A stretch of 64,000 bases of DNA, taken from Nitrospirota bacterium. GTDB lineage: Bacteria > Nitrospirota > UBA9217. Below, in pieces: positions 52,898-63,368 of this stretch. The stretch lies in contig CAWJQQ010000001.1 of the NCBI GenBank assembly GCA_963845065.1, forward strand, positions 960,001 to 1,024,000, written 5' to 3'. The notes under the pieces were generated by a model, which ran no database searches, had not been told where the DNA came from, and saw only the letters and a program-made list of their open reading frames with translations. Made by a program: the position numbers and the translations under genes. Within the stretch, counting starts at the first letter, position 1; every line of letters starts with the position of its first letter.

Positions 52898-53421
52898 TGC
52901 TAACCCAAATGTAACAAGCTATACTTCCGTTATCTATATTCTCTCGATGATGAAAGCATCTTTGAATTGGGTGAAGGTGCATAGGACTTGAAGAGAGGGA
53001 ACAAGGAGCTAGTAATCAAAAAATTGATGTATTTACAGCCGTTCTGGCTCAGAATGCGTATCTTATCAGTATAACTTCGATCCGAGACATGATCGATTCA
53101 TTCGGAATGTATCACGCCAAATCGGCCTTTGCAGAGCTTGGCACAAACTCTGATTCTGGTAAGGAAATCAGCCAGGGCATTATGAGTTCCTATGGGAAGT
53201 CTGGGCAAGAATGGAAATGCTCACAGGAATAATTTAAGTTATGTTGGCGCCATGAATGGACATGGATTCTCACTGAGGCAATCAACGGGACAAGGGATAG
53301 CCATGAGAGACTGACCAGAGAAATGCGCAAAGAGGGGAATTCTTCGATCACCTCTGTGCACACTTCGGTGAACAACGTCTTTTCTCTTTATACCAGCATC
53401 CCGATATGGTAATATTTCGCT

Positions 53422-54465
53422 ATGACTTTGACAGTTACTGAGCAGCTCAAACTTTCCGATTTTGATTATCACCTCCCTAAAGCTCTCATCGCCCAAGAGC
53501 CTTGTCCGGTTCGGGACCAATCGCGTCTTATGGTATTGGAACGCAAGACGGGCTCAACCAGGCATCGCATCTTCTGCGACATCGATGAACAGCTCATTCC
53601 TGGCGATCTCGTTGTTCTGAACGATACGAAAGTGTTCCCATGTAGACTCATGGCTAAGAAGAACAGCGGTGGTAATGCTGAAATATTTCTTCTTAGAGAA
53701 AGGGGACGCAATCAGTGGGACGCTCTCGTGAAAGGGGGGGGGATTGTAGGCAAAAAATTGAAAGTTGCAGCGGGTATCGAGGCGGAGATTATCGAAGCGG
53801 GCGAGGACAGCCTCAGGACTATTCGTTTTCACGGGGGCAACGATATCAAGGAAATGCTACCAGAAATTGCCAAGACTCCGCTCCCTCCCTACATTAAGCG
53901 AGAAGCCACTGCAGCCGACCGGGAACGGTACCAGACCGTATATGCCTCTCATGAAGGGGCCGTCGCAGCGCCGACGGCAGGACTGCACTTTACTCCTGAG
54001 TTGTTTCAGAAACTGAGTTCTAAGGGCATTGAAGTCACCACGATCACGCTTCATGTGGGTCCGGGTACGTTTCAGCCGGTCAAAGTCGAGTATATTGCAG
54101 ACCACCAAATGCGTCCCGAATACTATTACATTTCCAATGAGGCGGCAACTAGTATTAATAGCGCTCACGCTGAAGGCAGACGAGTAATCGCAGTGGGGAC
54201 AACCAGTCTTCGCGCGATCGAGACTGCGACTGCTAGTACAGGCGCGATCACTTCTGGACAAGGGAGTTCGACGTTATTTATTTATCCAGGATACCATTTC
54301 AAAGCTGCTAGCGGGATTATTACAAATTTTCATCTTCCCAAATCAACGCTTCTCATGCTCGTATCCGCTTTTGCTGGGCGGGAGAATATTCTCTCGGCAT
54401 ATCGCATAGCTGTGGCTGAACAGTACCGTTTCTACAGTTATGGGGACGCGATGCTTATTTTCTAG
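53422..54465 (+). CDS. queA: SAM:tRNA ribosyltransferase-isomerase
   Basis: PLPPYI, YQTVYA, AAPTAGLHF, LHVGPGTF, TNFHLPKS, YSYGDAM. Confidence 0.97.
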   Translation: MTLTVTEQLKLSDFDYHLPKALIAQEPCPVRDQSRLMVLERKTGSTRHRIFCDIDEQLIPGDLVVLNDTKVFPCRLMAKKNSGGNAEIFLLRERGRNQWDALVKGGGIVGKKLKVAAGIEAEIIEAGEDSLRTIRFHGGNDIKEMLPEIAKTPLPPYIKREATAADRERYQTVYASHEGAVAAPTAGLHFTPELFQKLSSKGIEVTTITLHVGPGTFQPVKVEYIADHQMRPEYYYISNEAATSINSAHAEGRRVIAVGTTSLRAIETATASTGAITSGQGSSTLFIYPGYHFKAASGIITNFHLPKSTLLMLVSAFAGRENILSAYRIAVAEQYRFYSYGDAMLIF

Positions 54466-54593
54466 CGCGATGGGGACTGGCGGCTTGAAGAAGGGAAATT
54501 TAATGCATCGAAACTGGCTTATGAACAATATCGTCGTTTCAATGTATAATATGCAATTTCTAATTAAAATATCTCCTGAGAACGGAGTACGCA

Positions 54594-55292
54594 ATGAATA
54601 ACGAACGCGGCGGTATCATATCAAATATTTTTATTATTCCTGCGGGTATGGCACTCTTGGTCGGAGTTTTTCTTCTTGGCTACTACGTGGGCAGATATCA
54701 GAACAAAACTGGTGATCAAAGCGAGAACCTGACGCCGCTACCGGATGTGGTTTCGGAGAAAATGCCCAAGCCTGAGGATTTTACATTCTTCAAGTCACTT
54801 TCCGAGAAGGCAAACAAGACGATTTCTATTGACCTCAAACCAAAGCCTTCAACTGATGAAAGCACGACGGACAAGAAACAAGTAGGTGCGAATGCCCCTA
54901 AGGACAGTTCCGGCCTGACCGCCTTGAAAACCAAGGGTCAAGAAGCTATGATTGAGAAGAAACCTTTAGACACGGGAACTATCCAACAGAAGGCAAACAA
55001 ATATCAAGAAACACGAGAGAAAAAAGATAAATCGCTAAAAAAAAAGAACCCCTCAAAATTGCACTATACAGTTCAGGTAGCGTCTTTCCCGGAAAAACAG
55101 CTAGCCAATGATGAAGCGAAAAAAATGAGAAGCCGTGGTTATGATGCATTCGTTGTCCCGTCAGGGGTGCCAGGAAAGGGAACGTGGTACCGCGTGCGGC
55201 TCGGAAGTTTTAAAAATAGGGACGCAGCAGAGAAACTGGCAAAAGAAATTCACGCGAAGGTGGGGATTTCTTCTATCATTACAGTGGAGTAA
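54594..55292 (+). CDS. SPOR-domain membrane protein (FtsN/DedD-like)
   Basis: One TM, low-complexity linker, YTVQVASF...WYRVRLG. Confidence 0.85.
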   Translation: MNNERGGIISNIFIIPAGMALLVGVFLLGYYVGRYQNKTGDQSENLTPLPDVVSEKMPKPEDFTFFKSLSEKANKTISIDLKPKPSTDESTTDKKQVGANAPKDSSGLTALKTKGQEAMIEKKPLDTGTIQQKANKYQETREKKDKSLKKKNPSKLHYTVQVASFPEKQLANDEAKKMRSRGYDAFVVPSGVPGKGTWYRVRLGSFKNRDAAEKLAKEIHAKVGISSIITVE

Positions 55293-55306
55293 TGTGGTTC
55301 AAGAAG

Positions 55307-55717
55307 TTAATGGATCATCTGGTCGTTGACGGTTTGCAGAACAATGGGAACAATGCCCACGCGTTCACCGTCGAGTAATGTTTCGATCCAATATGTGCCA
55401 GGAACTTTAAATGTGGTGTTGTGGCGGATCGATATGTCACGGTGCCGCTGGGTTTCATTGAACAGAGTCAGTTTCGTTTCGGATTCCGAGATGACCTGAG
55501 TCTTGTCTGGAGAGAGAAGCCTGATCTTCACGGTAAATTCACCTTTTCCGCCCAGCCATTCGTTAATAATCGCGAAACGGTGATGGAGGGCGGGGAATGA
55601 ATGGGATGAAATGCTTTCAAACAGGCCCATCAAGCTGAATTTGCCTCCCATTTCTTGGCGCACATCGTCGCAGAGGAGGGTATAAATTAATCGTGGTTTG
55701 ATCGTTGTGCTTACCAT
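55307..55717 (-). CDS. Conserved hypothetical protein (DUF6941-like)
   Basis: LLCDDVR.E.GGK.SLMGLF, PGTYW. Confidence 0.65.
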   Translation of the reverse strand: MVSTTIKPRLIYTLLCDDVRQEMGGKFSLMGLFESISSHSFPALHHRFAIINEWLGGKGEFTVKIRLLSPDKTQVISESETKLTLFNETQRHRDISIRHNTTFKVPGTYWIETLLDGERVGIVPIVLQTVNDQMIH

Positions 55718-55723
55718 CAATTA

Positions 55724-55793
55724 ACCATAACATACAATTCTGATGCCCGTCAATCTGTTTTTGCTTGACAAACATTTTCAATCAACGTAATCT
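55724..55793. promoter_or_regulatory. Divergent promoters for 55717(-) and pheS(+)
   Basis: Minus strand TTGACG-18-TATGGT; plus strand TTGACA-17-TAATCT. Confidence 0.6.
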
Positions 55794-55805
55794 TATCCGC
55801 ATCTT

Positions 55806-57374
55806 ATGAGTGTTTCTGAACTGCATAAACTTCTTGAAAGCCTTCATCCGCTCGAAAGCAAGATGCTCCTCTGTTTTGCTTCCCGATTGACCCTCTCAAC
55901 CCCGGATATTATCTCCTTATCAGGTCTCGACGAGTCCCGCCTAGATATGGCATCAGGCTGGCTTCAATCAAAAGGGTTGCTCGAAGTAAGGGGCGAATCG
56001 GTCCTATCGCAGGTCAGTCTCACGGAAACTGGCTACGAGTATCTTAACAGGGGCACGCCGGAAATGAGGATCATCCATGCGTTGCGAGAAGGTTTGTTGC
56101 GGTTCACGGTCAAGGACATCATCCAGAATTGCGGTGTAGAGCCCACTGATGTAAGTTCATCCGTCGGCGCATTGAAGGAAGCAGGTGTCATCCGCATCGT
56201 GCAGGGTGGAGTCCTCGAACTTGTAGCGAGCGCCGATATAGCAGACTATGAATTCCTTACTGCGCTGATAAAGGCAGTTGCGGACAAAGACCAGTCCGAA
56301 CTCGCGGCTTTCTCAAAAGCACAGCAGGCCGTGATCCAGGCGAACTTCCACAAGCGTGGAAAATCCAAGGGTATATTCCGCATTGCCGAAAAAAAGAACC
56401 GCTCCTATACCCTATCTACCGAAGGCAAGGAACTGCTTCGTATGCTCTTGGAACGGGGAGAAGGTGTCGAGGAACATTCCGTTCTAACCCCCGAGATGCT
56501 GAAGCTGGGGACCTGGAAGAACAAGAAATTCCGCGCATACAACATAGCACTCAATCCACCGCGCCAGAGCATAGGCAGGAAACATCCCTATAAGGAGTTC
56601 CTTGACTTTGTTAAATACAAGTTCATAGGCATGGGTTTTGAAGAGATGCGCGGTCCGCTCGTGGAGAACGAGTTCTGGGACATGGACGCACTGTTCATGC
56701 CGCAATTCCATCCTGCACGAAACATCCATGACGTGTACTTCGTGAAGGAACCCTGTTCAGCAAAAGAGGTTGAACAGCCGTTCGCTAAACAGGTTGCCGC
56801 AGCTCATAAGGATGGAGGAAAGACTGGGTCCACAGGATGGCGCTATACATTTGACCTTGAGCGTGCCAAACGATTGATTCTTCGAAGTCAGGGTACGGCC
56901 GTTTCAGCGAGAACGCTTGCATCAGGTCCCAGGGTACCGGGGAAGTATTTTTCTATTGCACGCTGTTTCCGTTACGATGCTGTCGATGCCACGCATGCCC
57001 CTGATTTTTACCAGGTCGAAGGCATTGTGTTAGGGCAACATATTAATTTCAAAACACTGCTCGGGCTCCTGAAAATGTTCGGCCAGGAGATTGCAAAGGC
57101 CCGCGAATTTCAATTCAGGCCCGCATATTTCCCCTTTACTGAACCGTCTGTTGAACTGCATGTAAAGCACGTGGAACTGGGGTGGATGGAGCTCGGCGGG
57201 GCGGGATTGTTCCGTCCCGAGGTCACGAAACCGCTGGGTGTCGATGTACCAGTGATCGCCTGGGGACTAGGTCTTGACCGCATGGCCATGGTGGCCTTAG
57301 GTATTCAGGATATACGTGATCTTTTTTCGCGGGACCTGGACTTTATTAGAATGAAGAAAATTCAGCTTGGATAA
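55806..57374 (+). CDS. pheS: Phenylalanine-tRNA ligase alpha, long archaeal/eukaryotic-type
   Basis: 522 aa; DALFMPQFHPAR, RCFRYD, YFPFTEPS, WGLGLDR; ~250 aa N-terminal extension. Confidence 0.93.
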   Translation: MSVSELHKLLESLHPLESKMLLCFASRLTLSTPDIISLSGLDESRLDMASGWLQSKGLLEVRGESVLSQVSLTETGYEYLNRGTPEMRIIHALREGLLRFTVKDIIQNCGVEPTDVSSSVGALKEAGVIRIVQGGVLELVASADIADYEFLTALIKAVADKDQSELAAFSKAQQAVIQANFHKRGKSKGIFRIAEKKNRSYTLSTEGKELLRMLLERGEGVEEHSVLTPEMLKLGTWKNKKFRAYNIALNPPRQSIGRKHPYKEFLDFVKYKFIGMGFEEMRGPLVENEFWDMDALFMPQFHPARNIHDVYFVKEPCSAKEVEQPFAKQVAAAHKDGGKTGSTGWRYTFDLERAKRLILRSQGTAVSARTLASGPRVPGKYFSIARCFRYDAVDATHAPDFYQVEGIVLGQHINFKTLLGLLKMFGQEIAKAREFQFRPAYFPFTEPSVELHVKHVELGWMELGGAGLFRPEVTKPLGVDVPVIAWGLGLDRMAMVALGIQDIRDLFSRDLDFIRMKKIQLG

Positions 57375-57448
57375 AAGGGGCTAAATTTCTGGTCCAGTTC
57401 AGAATGATATCGAAATCCTGACGACTGGACACGGAATCCCGTTTAAAT

Positions 57449-59146
57449 ATGCCAACAATCGATATTAAGAAAAAAGACCTTGACTCACTCATTGGCAAAA
57501 AACTCCCGATCAATGCTATTGAAAAGTATCTCATGCTGGCAAAAGCGGAGCTGAAAGAATATCTTGCCGAGACTGATGACCTCAAGGTGGAATTGTCGGA
57601 CAGCAACCGGCCGGACCTCTGGTCTGCCGAAGGCATCGCGCGCCAGATCCGCATTGCGCTCTCCGGCAAAGCCGAGAGTTATCCATTTTTCAATCATGGC
57701 AAGAATGCGATGCGTGAGATCAGGGTCGACCCTCCCATGAAATCAGTCCGCCCCTTTATCGCGGCCTGCACGGCGAGTGGTGTGCGAATGAACGAGGACG
57801 TACTGACGCAGATGATCCAGAGCCAGGACAAGCTTGCTGAAATATTCGGCAGAAAGCGCTCAACGGTATCGATCGGCATCTATGAACTCGACCGCATCGT
57901 GTTTCCTGTGGAGTACAAGCTGGTCGATCCCTCTTCGATTTCCTTCACACCGCTCGGCATGGAAGAAAAACTTACTCTCGCCGAAATCCTCGAACGTCAC
58001 CCGAAAGGTATTGCCTACGGCAACATTGTAAAACCCTTTCCCAAGTATCCTGTATTAAAAGACAGCATGGGTCGGGTACTGTCATTCCCGCCCATCATCA
58101 ACAGCAGGGAGATCGGTCAAGTGAAACCGCAGACAAGAAACGTACTCATCGAGGTGACAGGGACTGATATGCGGATGACTGTGCTTACCCTGAACATACT
58201 TGCTGCGAGTTTTTACGATCGGGGAGCTGAAATCGAGCCCATAATGGTTATCTATCCATACGGAACCGAGTTCGGTAAACGGGTGGTTTTCCCCGTTGAT
58301 ACTGCAGGGAAAATCAAGGTACCCCTCGCGACGTTTTCAGCCGGTCTTGGGGAAGACGTCGCTCTGGCAGATATTAAAAAACGTCTCGAAGCATACGGCC
58401 ACGGGGTGACCGCCGTTCGGGGTGCAGTGATGGTCACTGTGGCGCCGTACCGCGACGATATCATGCATCCTATGGATCTCGTGGAGGACTACGCTATCAG
58501 CAGAGGGTACGATTCATTTGAACCGGTCATGCCTCAACAGTCGACCGTCGGGGCACTCTCTCGTCTGGAACTGCTCTCCGATACGGTCCGCGGACACCTG
58601 ATCGGTTCGGGTTATCAGGAGATCATGTCCAACATTCTCTGCTCGCATGAAGAACTTGAGGACACCTTACAGGCAGGCGAGAAGCTGGTGGAAGTTGACA
58701 ATGTGATGTCGCTTGCCTATTCCGTGCTCAGGAACAGCGTTATTCCATCACTCCTCACCACGGAGACCGCAAGCTCAAAGGCGTTTTATCCCCATCGTAT
58801 CTTCGAGGCAGGAGAAGTAGCTGTGATTGACGAGGATACAAATATGGGTTCGCGCACTGATCTCAATCTCGGCGCCCTCATTTCCCATCCTTCTGCGAAC
58901 TTTTCTGAGATGCAGTCCACGCTTGATATTCTGCTTTATTACCTGGGACTCGAATATACGCTGGAACCATCACATCATGCCCTTTTCATCCCCGGACGTT
59001 GCGGAAAAATCACCTCCACAGGGACGGGACTCGGTTTTATCGGCGAGATCCGTCCAGAAGTTCTTGAACATCGTCAGATCACTATGCCCTGCGCTGCATT
59101 TGAAATTGTGTTGGACAGGGTACTGGCGCTTTCCCGAAGGGGATAG
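57449..59146 (+). CDS. pheT: Phenylalanine-tRNA ligase beta, short archaeal-type
   Basis: 565 aa; NRPDLWSAEG, SFPPIINS, RDDIMHPMDLVED; no B2 insert or C-terminal FDX-ACB domain. Confidence 0.93.
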   Translation: MPTIDIKKKDLDSLIGKKLPINAIEKYLMLAKAELKEYLAETDDLKVELSDSNRPDLWSAEGIARQIRIALSGKAESYPFFNHGKNAMREIRVDPPMKSVRPFIAACTASGVRMNEDVLTQMIQSQDKLAEIFGRKRSTVSIGIYELDRIVFPVEYKLVDPSSISFTPLGMEEKLTLAEILERHPKGIAYGNIVKPFPKYPVLKDSMGRVLSFPPIINSREIGQVKPQTRNVLIEVTGTDMRMTVLTLNILAASFYDRGAEIEPIMVIYPYGTEFGKRVVFPVDTAGKIKVPLATFSAGLGEDVALADIKKRLEAYGHGVTAVRGAVMVTVAPYRDDIMHPMDLVEDYAISRGYDSFEPVMPQQSTVGALSRLELLSDTVRGHLIGSGYQEIMSNILCSHEELEDTLQAGEKLVEVDNVMSLAYSVLRNSVIPSLLTTETASSKAFYPHRIFEAGEVAVIDEDTNMGSRTDLNLGALISHPSANFSEMQSTLDILLYYLGLEYTLEPSHHALFIPGRCGKITSTGTGLGFIGEIRPEVLEHRQITMPCAAFEIVLDRVLALSRRG

Positions 59147-59563
59147 GCCCTTCTGCGCGCCCGCAATGCTATTCGAGCCCATCCCCCTACTGTACATTGC
59201 TTCTATCCATCCTTTTTGACCTTTGATTCCTCGTACGTTTTCTTCCGTATTGTTGAAGGCAGTGCAATGGTTCGGCAGTCGCATTTTCACTGCCTTTGAG
59301 GGGTGCTTGTAGTTGTCTCTAGAGCACCCTGGATTAACCATCGGGAGTGGTCAGCAATGTGGTATACTTTTTACAATATATGATTCTCGCATAAGGGCAC
59401 CGAAAAATATTAATTTAACGGCGTCCATCGGAAAACAGTTTGAGCAAGTTATTGCCTCTGAAATTTCAATGAGAGTTACTTCGTGACCTTTTCGACGAGA
59501 GAATATGTATCGTTGACGTGATCTTTAAAGGTGGTTACTGCATAAAACCATTGCAACTCATAC

Positions 59564-60991
59564 ATGAATATCCTGATTATCAGTACAAACAGAAACGCCC
59601 TGCCTGTGCCTGTGATGCCTGTTGGGGCCTGCATGGTCGCCGAGGCCACAGAACGAGCAGGCCATAACGTCCATCTCGTGGATATGATGTTCACGAAAAA
59701 CGCTTTGTCAGCGATCCGATCCGCTGTGATCTGCATGAGGCCAGACGTCATCGGTCTTTCGATACGGAACATTGACAATAACGAAATGAGGGGCACGGTG
59801 TTCTACTTGAGCGACCTTCGTCTTATTGTGAACACCATCCGCAATCTGACAGGAGTCCCAATCATTTTGGGCGGGGCCGCGTTCGGGGTCATGCCCGAGG
59901 AGATACTTCGACTTGGGGATGTATCTTGTGGTGTCACAGGAGACGGGGGAACGGTTTTTCCGCTCCTGCTCAAGCGTATAGAACGGGCAGAAGCCTTTAC
60001 GGACACCCCCGGCATCGCATATTTTAATAACGGTGTTTTTCGGAGGAATCCGACTGGGGCATTGTTGTATGAGGGTAGTATGGTGGCACCGGACTATACG
60101 AGGTGGCTTGACATCTCGCGCTACCAATCGCAGATGGCGTCAGCTCCGGTTCAGACCAAGATCGGGTGCCCGTTCCAGTGCGTCTATTGCACTTACCGCA
60201 AGATTGAGGGGAATGAATGCAGTTTCTCTGATCCGGGACGCGTTGCCGATGCTGTGATGCGGCTCGTAGCGGCAGGTCTCCGGGATATCGAGTTCGTGGA
60301 CAGTGTATTCAACGAGCCCTATGATCACGCTATGAGCGTATGCGAAGCGCTTGCCCGCATGGGGTGTGGGGCGAGGTTCCAGAGCCTTGCACTGAATCCC
60401 CGCTCCTTCGATGACACGCTCGTGTCACTAATGGAACGAGCGGGATTCGTCGGTATTGGCATAACTGTTGAGAGTGCAGCAGATGCGGTCCTCCAAGGCC
60501 TCCGTAAGGGCTTTACCACACGAGAAGTTTATCGTGCAGCCGAGGTTGTACAGAGACATCACTTGTCGTGCGCCTGGATATTTATGTTCGGAGGACCGGG
60601 GGAAACGCAGGAAACGGTCATGGAAACATTGCGGTTTGCAGAGTACGCTATTCGTCCGCAAGACGTGGCATTCTTCAATTTCGGGATACGCATCTATCCG
60701 GGGACGGAACTAGAATCTATCGCACGGCACCAAGAAATGCTGACACTCTCTCCGGCCGAGATGCTGACCCCTGTGTTTTATGTATCGCGAGATATTGATA
60801 TCGGCTGGATCGATCAGAAATTAAAAAAATTCATGAACAGCCGAATGAACTTTATTAATCTCGGGTCCCTAGGGAATGCTCTCCTCCCGACGATCCACCG
60901 GATCAGTTACGGCCTTGGCCTAAAGCCGCCACTCTGGAGACATACCCGCTTCATCCGGAGGGGGCTCAGACTTGTAGGAATGAATGTGTGA
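59564..60991 (+). CDS. Cobalamin-binding radical SAM enzyme
   Basis: N-terminal B12-type domain (PDVIGLSIRN, IILGG); GCPFQCVYC; FVDSVFN; GGPGET. Confidence 0.88.
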   Translation: MNILIISTNRNALPVPVMPVGACMVAEATERAGHNVHLVDMMFTKNALSAIRSAVICMRPDVIGLSIRNIDNNEMRGTVFYLSDLRLIVNTIRNLTGVPIILGGAAFGVMPEEILRLGDVSCGVTGDGGTVFPLLLKRIERAEAFTDTPGIAYFNNGVFRRNPTGALLYEGSMVAPDYTRWLDISRYQSQMASAPVQTKIGCPFQCVYCTYRKIEGNECSFSDPGRVADAVMRLVAAGLRDIEFVDSVFNEPYDHAMSVCEALARMGCGARFQSLALNPRSFDDTLVSLMERAGFVGIGITVESAADAVLQGLRKGFTTREVYRAAEVVQRHHLSCAWIFMFGGPGETQETVMETLRFAEYAIRPQDVAFFNFGIRIYPGTELESIARHQEMLTLSPAEMLTPVFYVSRDIDIGWIDQKLKKFMNSRMNFINLGSLGNALLPTIHRISYGLGLKPPLWRHTRFIRRGLRLVGMNV

Positions 60992-61161
60992 AAACGGCTT
61001 TCAATCCCCGGAATTTTATCGCCCAGGAGGCTCCTATTGAAATTGAGTATTAAGAATTAAATCTAATTCGTCACAAATTTTGGAGCGTTGTATTCCGATT
61101 GCAATTATTTTGCGGAGTTTAGATTTAACAAAATTAACGAGAGGTGCATTTACTCTAGGAC

Positions 61162-62241
61162 ATGAACAATAAGTCATCACTTGCAGAAGTTTTAATTCCG
61201 CATATCGCATCATTGGCCGTTGCAGTACCCTTGTACAATACTGACCAGATGACAGCTGAGGAGTTTATAAAACAACGCTTCGGCGCGCAGCTCAGCTCGC
61301 GGAGTCTCGGGCTCATTCACGCCGTCTTTTCCCATCCAAGCATCCGGAAGCGACACTTCGCTTTTGATGATCCAGCTTGCCTAGTTGACGAGAATGCTGA
61401 CCAGCGGGTAGCCCGGTTCACGGAAAAATCAATTGAGTTGTCGGCGCAGGCGATCACCAAAGCATTAGACCAGGCCGGTGTGAACGCTCGGGAAGTTACC
61501 TGTTTGGTCGTGAATACATGCACTGGCTACATCTGCCCCGGCATATCAACTTATCTTATCGAACGGCTGGGTCTATCGCGAAGCACCCGCGTGTATGACA
61601 TGGTGGGCAGTGGCTGCGGAGGGGCAATCCCGAATCTCCAGGTAGCTGAGTCGATGCTAAAGGCGAACGGCGGGGGAATCGCAGTGAGCGCTTCGGTCGA
61701 AATCTGCAGCACGACCTTCCAGATCGGCAATGATCTAAGTCTGATTCTCTCCAACGCGCTCTTTGGAGATGGTGCAGCCGCCGCAGTGCTCTGGACTAAA
61801 CCGGTTGGTTTGGAATTAGTTGCGTCAGCAGGAAGATATGTGCCGGAGCAGCGGGACTCGATCCGGTTCGTTCACAAGCATGGTCAGCTTCATAATCAGC
61901 TCTCTCTCAAATTGCCGGACCTTGTCAAAAAAGCAGCTGTCGGCGTTGTTACCGACGTCCTTACGTCTCAGGGCCTAAAGACGGGGGACATCAAACATTG
62001 GGCGCTTCACACTGGCGGCGAAAAGATCATCAATGCAATACGGGACGAGATGGGAATCCCCGAGGAACAGCTCCAACCTACGCGCGAGATCCTAGCGGAA
62101 TACGGTAATATGTCGTCGCCGACGGTCTGGTTCGTTTTAAGCAGGATCCTCGATAACGGCATAACTCCCGGAGACTGGTGCATTATGACCGCGTACGGGG
62201 CAGGGCTCTCGGCCCATGCCTTTCTACTGAAAAAAAAGTAG
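61162..62241 (+). CDS. Type III polyketide synthase
   Basis: Triad GSGCGG (Cys), LHTGG (His), YGNMSS (Asn); LFGDGAAA. Confidence 0.92.
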   Translation: MNNKSSLAEVLIPHIASLAVAVPLYNTDQMTAEEFIKQRFGAQLSSRSLGLIHAVFSHPSIRKRHFAFDDPACLVDENADQRVARFTEKSIELSAQAITKALDQAGVNAREVTCLVVNTCTGYICPGISTYLIERLGLSRSTRVYDMVGSGCGGAIPNLQVAESMLKANGGGIAVSASVEICSTTFQIGNDLSLILSNALFGDGAAAAVLWTKPVGLELVASAGRYVPEQRDSIRFVHKHGQLHNQLSLKLPDLVKKAAVGVVTDVLTSQGLKTGDIKHWALHTGGEKIINAIRDEMGIPEEQLQPTREILAEYGNMSSPTVWFVLSRILDNGITPGDWCIMTAYGAGLSAHAFLLKKK

Positions 62242-62676
62242 TCGCTCGTCATCTGTTCCGCCAATGACGATTTTCATCAGAACAAATGCCTGTCCTGCTC
62301 CAAACCTGGTTCGACAGAAGATTAAAGTTCGCTGTCTGGAGCTTCAGTAACACCACTTTAAATTGACATATCAACAGTTTTCTTGTATCTTGTTGTCGGA
62401 CTGGCTCTTATAATGCGCGGCTGGCTGTGCCGAACTACAAACACATCTATTATACCCGTTGACAGCACAATCAAGCCGTCCGACTGCTAATAGCGGCAAG
62501 GTGCCGGGTGTAATCCCCATTTTTGACTTATAAAGGGGCTTGTGCGCATTTAGTGCACAATTCCCTGACACTAAGCGGTCGCAGCACTTTTTGGCTGCCA
62601 TCATAGCCGATGGAAATAAAACGCAGTGGATTGAGCAATGGTGACCTGGAGATAAGCATACAAAGGGCAGACACGC

Positions 62677-63327
62677 ATCGGTTCCCCTGCGAGATATCAA
62701 CCCAACGGGACGCTTTGCAATTATTGCATTTTGTTTGATTGTTCTGAATATCGCCGTTTTCGTATTCGAATTAGCGATCGGCGACAAATCCGTCAATCTG
62801 TTTGGTACGTCCTTCGAATTCGTTCCTGAGCGGTTGTTCTCTGGTTATGATAAGGATAGCAGTGCAGGTAGTAGTAACGTTAAATGCCCCCATGTTCATC
62901 CACGGCGGGCTATTGCATATGTCCGGCAATAAGATTTACCTCTAGATATTCGGCAATAATATCGAGGACTCCATAGGGTTACCTCGGTTCCTCATATTTT
63001 ACCTATTGTATGGCGTTCTTACCGCGTACGCTCATGCATATATGAATGATGACTATGAGCCCCTATGATTGGGACCAGCGACGCTATCTCCGGCTTACTC
63101 GATGAGTATTTGCCCCTATATCCTCAGGCGTTGTGTTGTCACACTCATGTTCTTCAGTCTGTATTTCAGGACGGATGGGGTGCCGGCCATGGTTGTGCTC
63201 GGGTTCTGTTTTTTTGCTACAGTTTCTGAAAGCGCTCCTATCAATCGGTTCAGACCGTGGTGTGGCGCGGTACGTCCATGTTGCAGGTTTTGTCGCCGGA
63301 ATGTTTCTGGTCGGACTCTTCAAATGA
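62677..63327 (+). pseudogene. Rhomboid intramembrane protease, heavily decayed
   Basis: Across frames: VPLRDINP, MFIHGGLLHMSGN..YL*IFGNNIED, MIGTSDAISG, YVHVAGFVAG; stops and frameshifts. Confidence 0.85.
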
Positions 63328-63368
63328 AAGGCAGTTCCGTTCGGCGGAAGGAGGAGATTACATAATTT

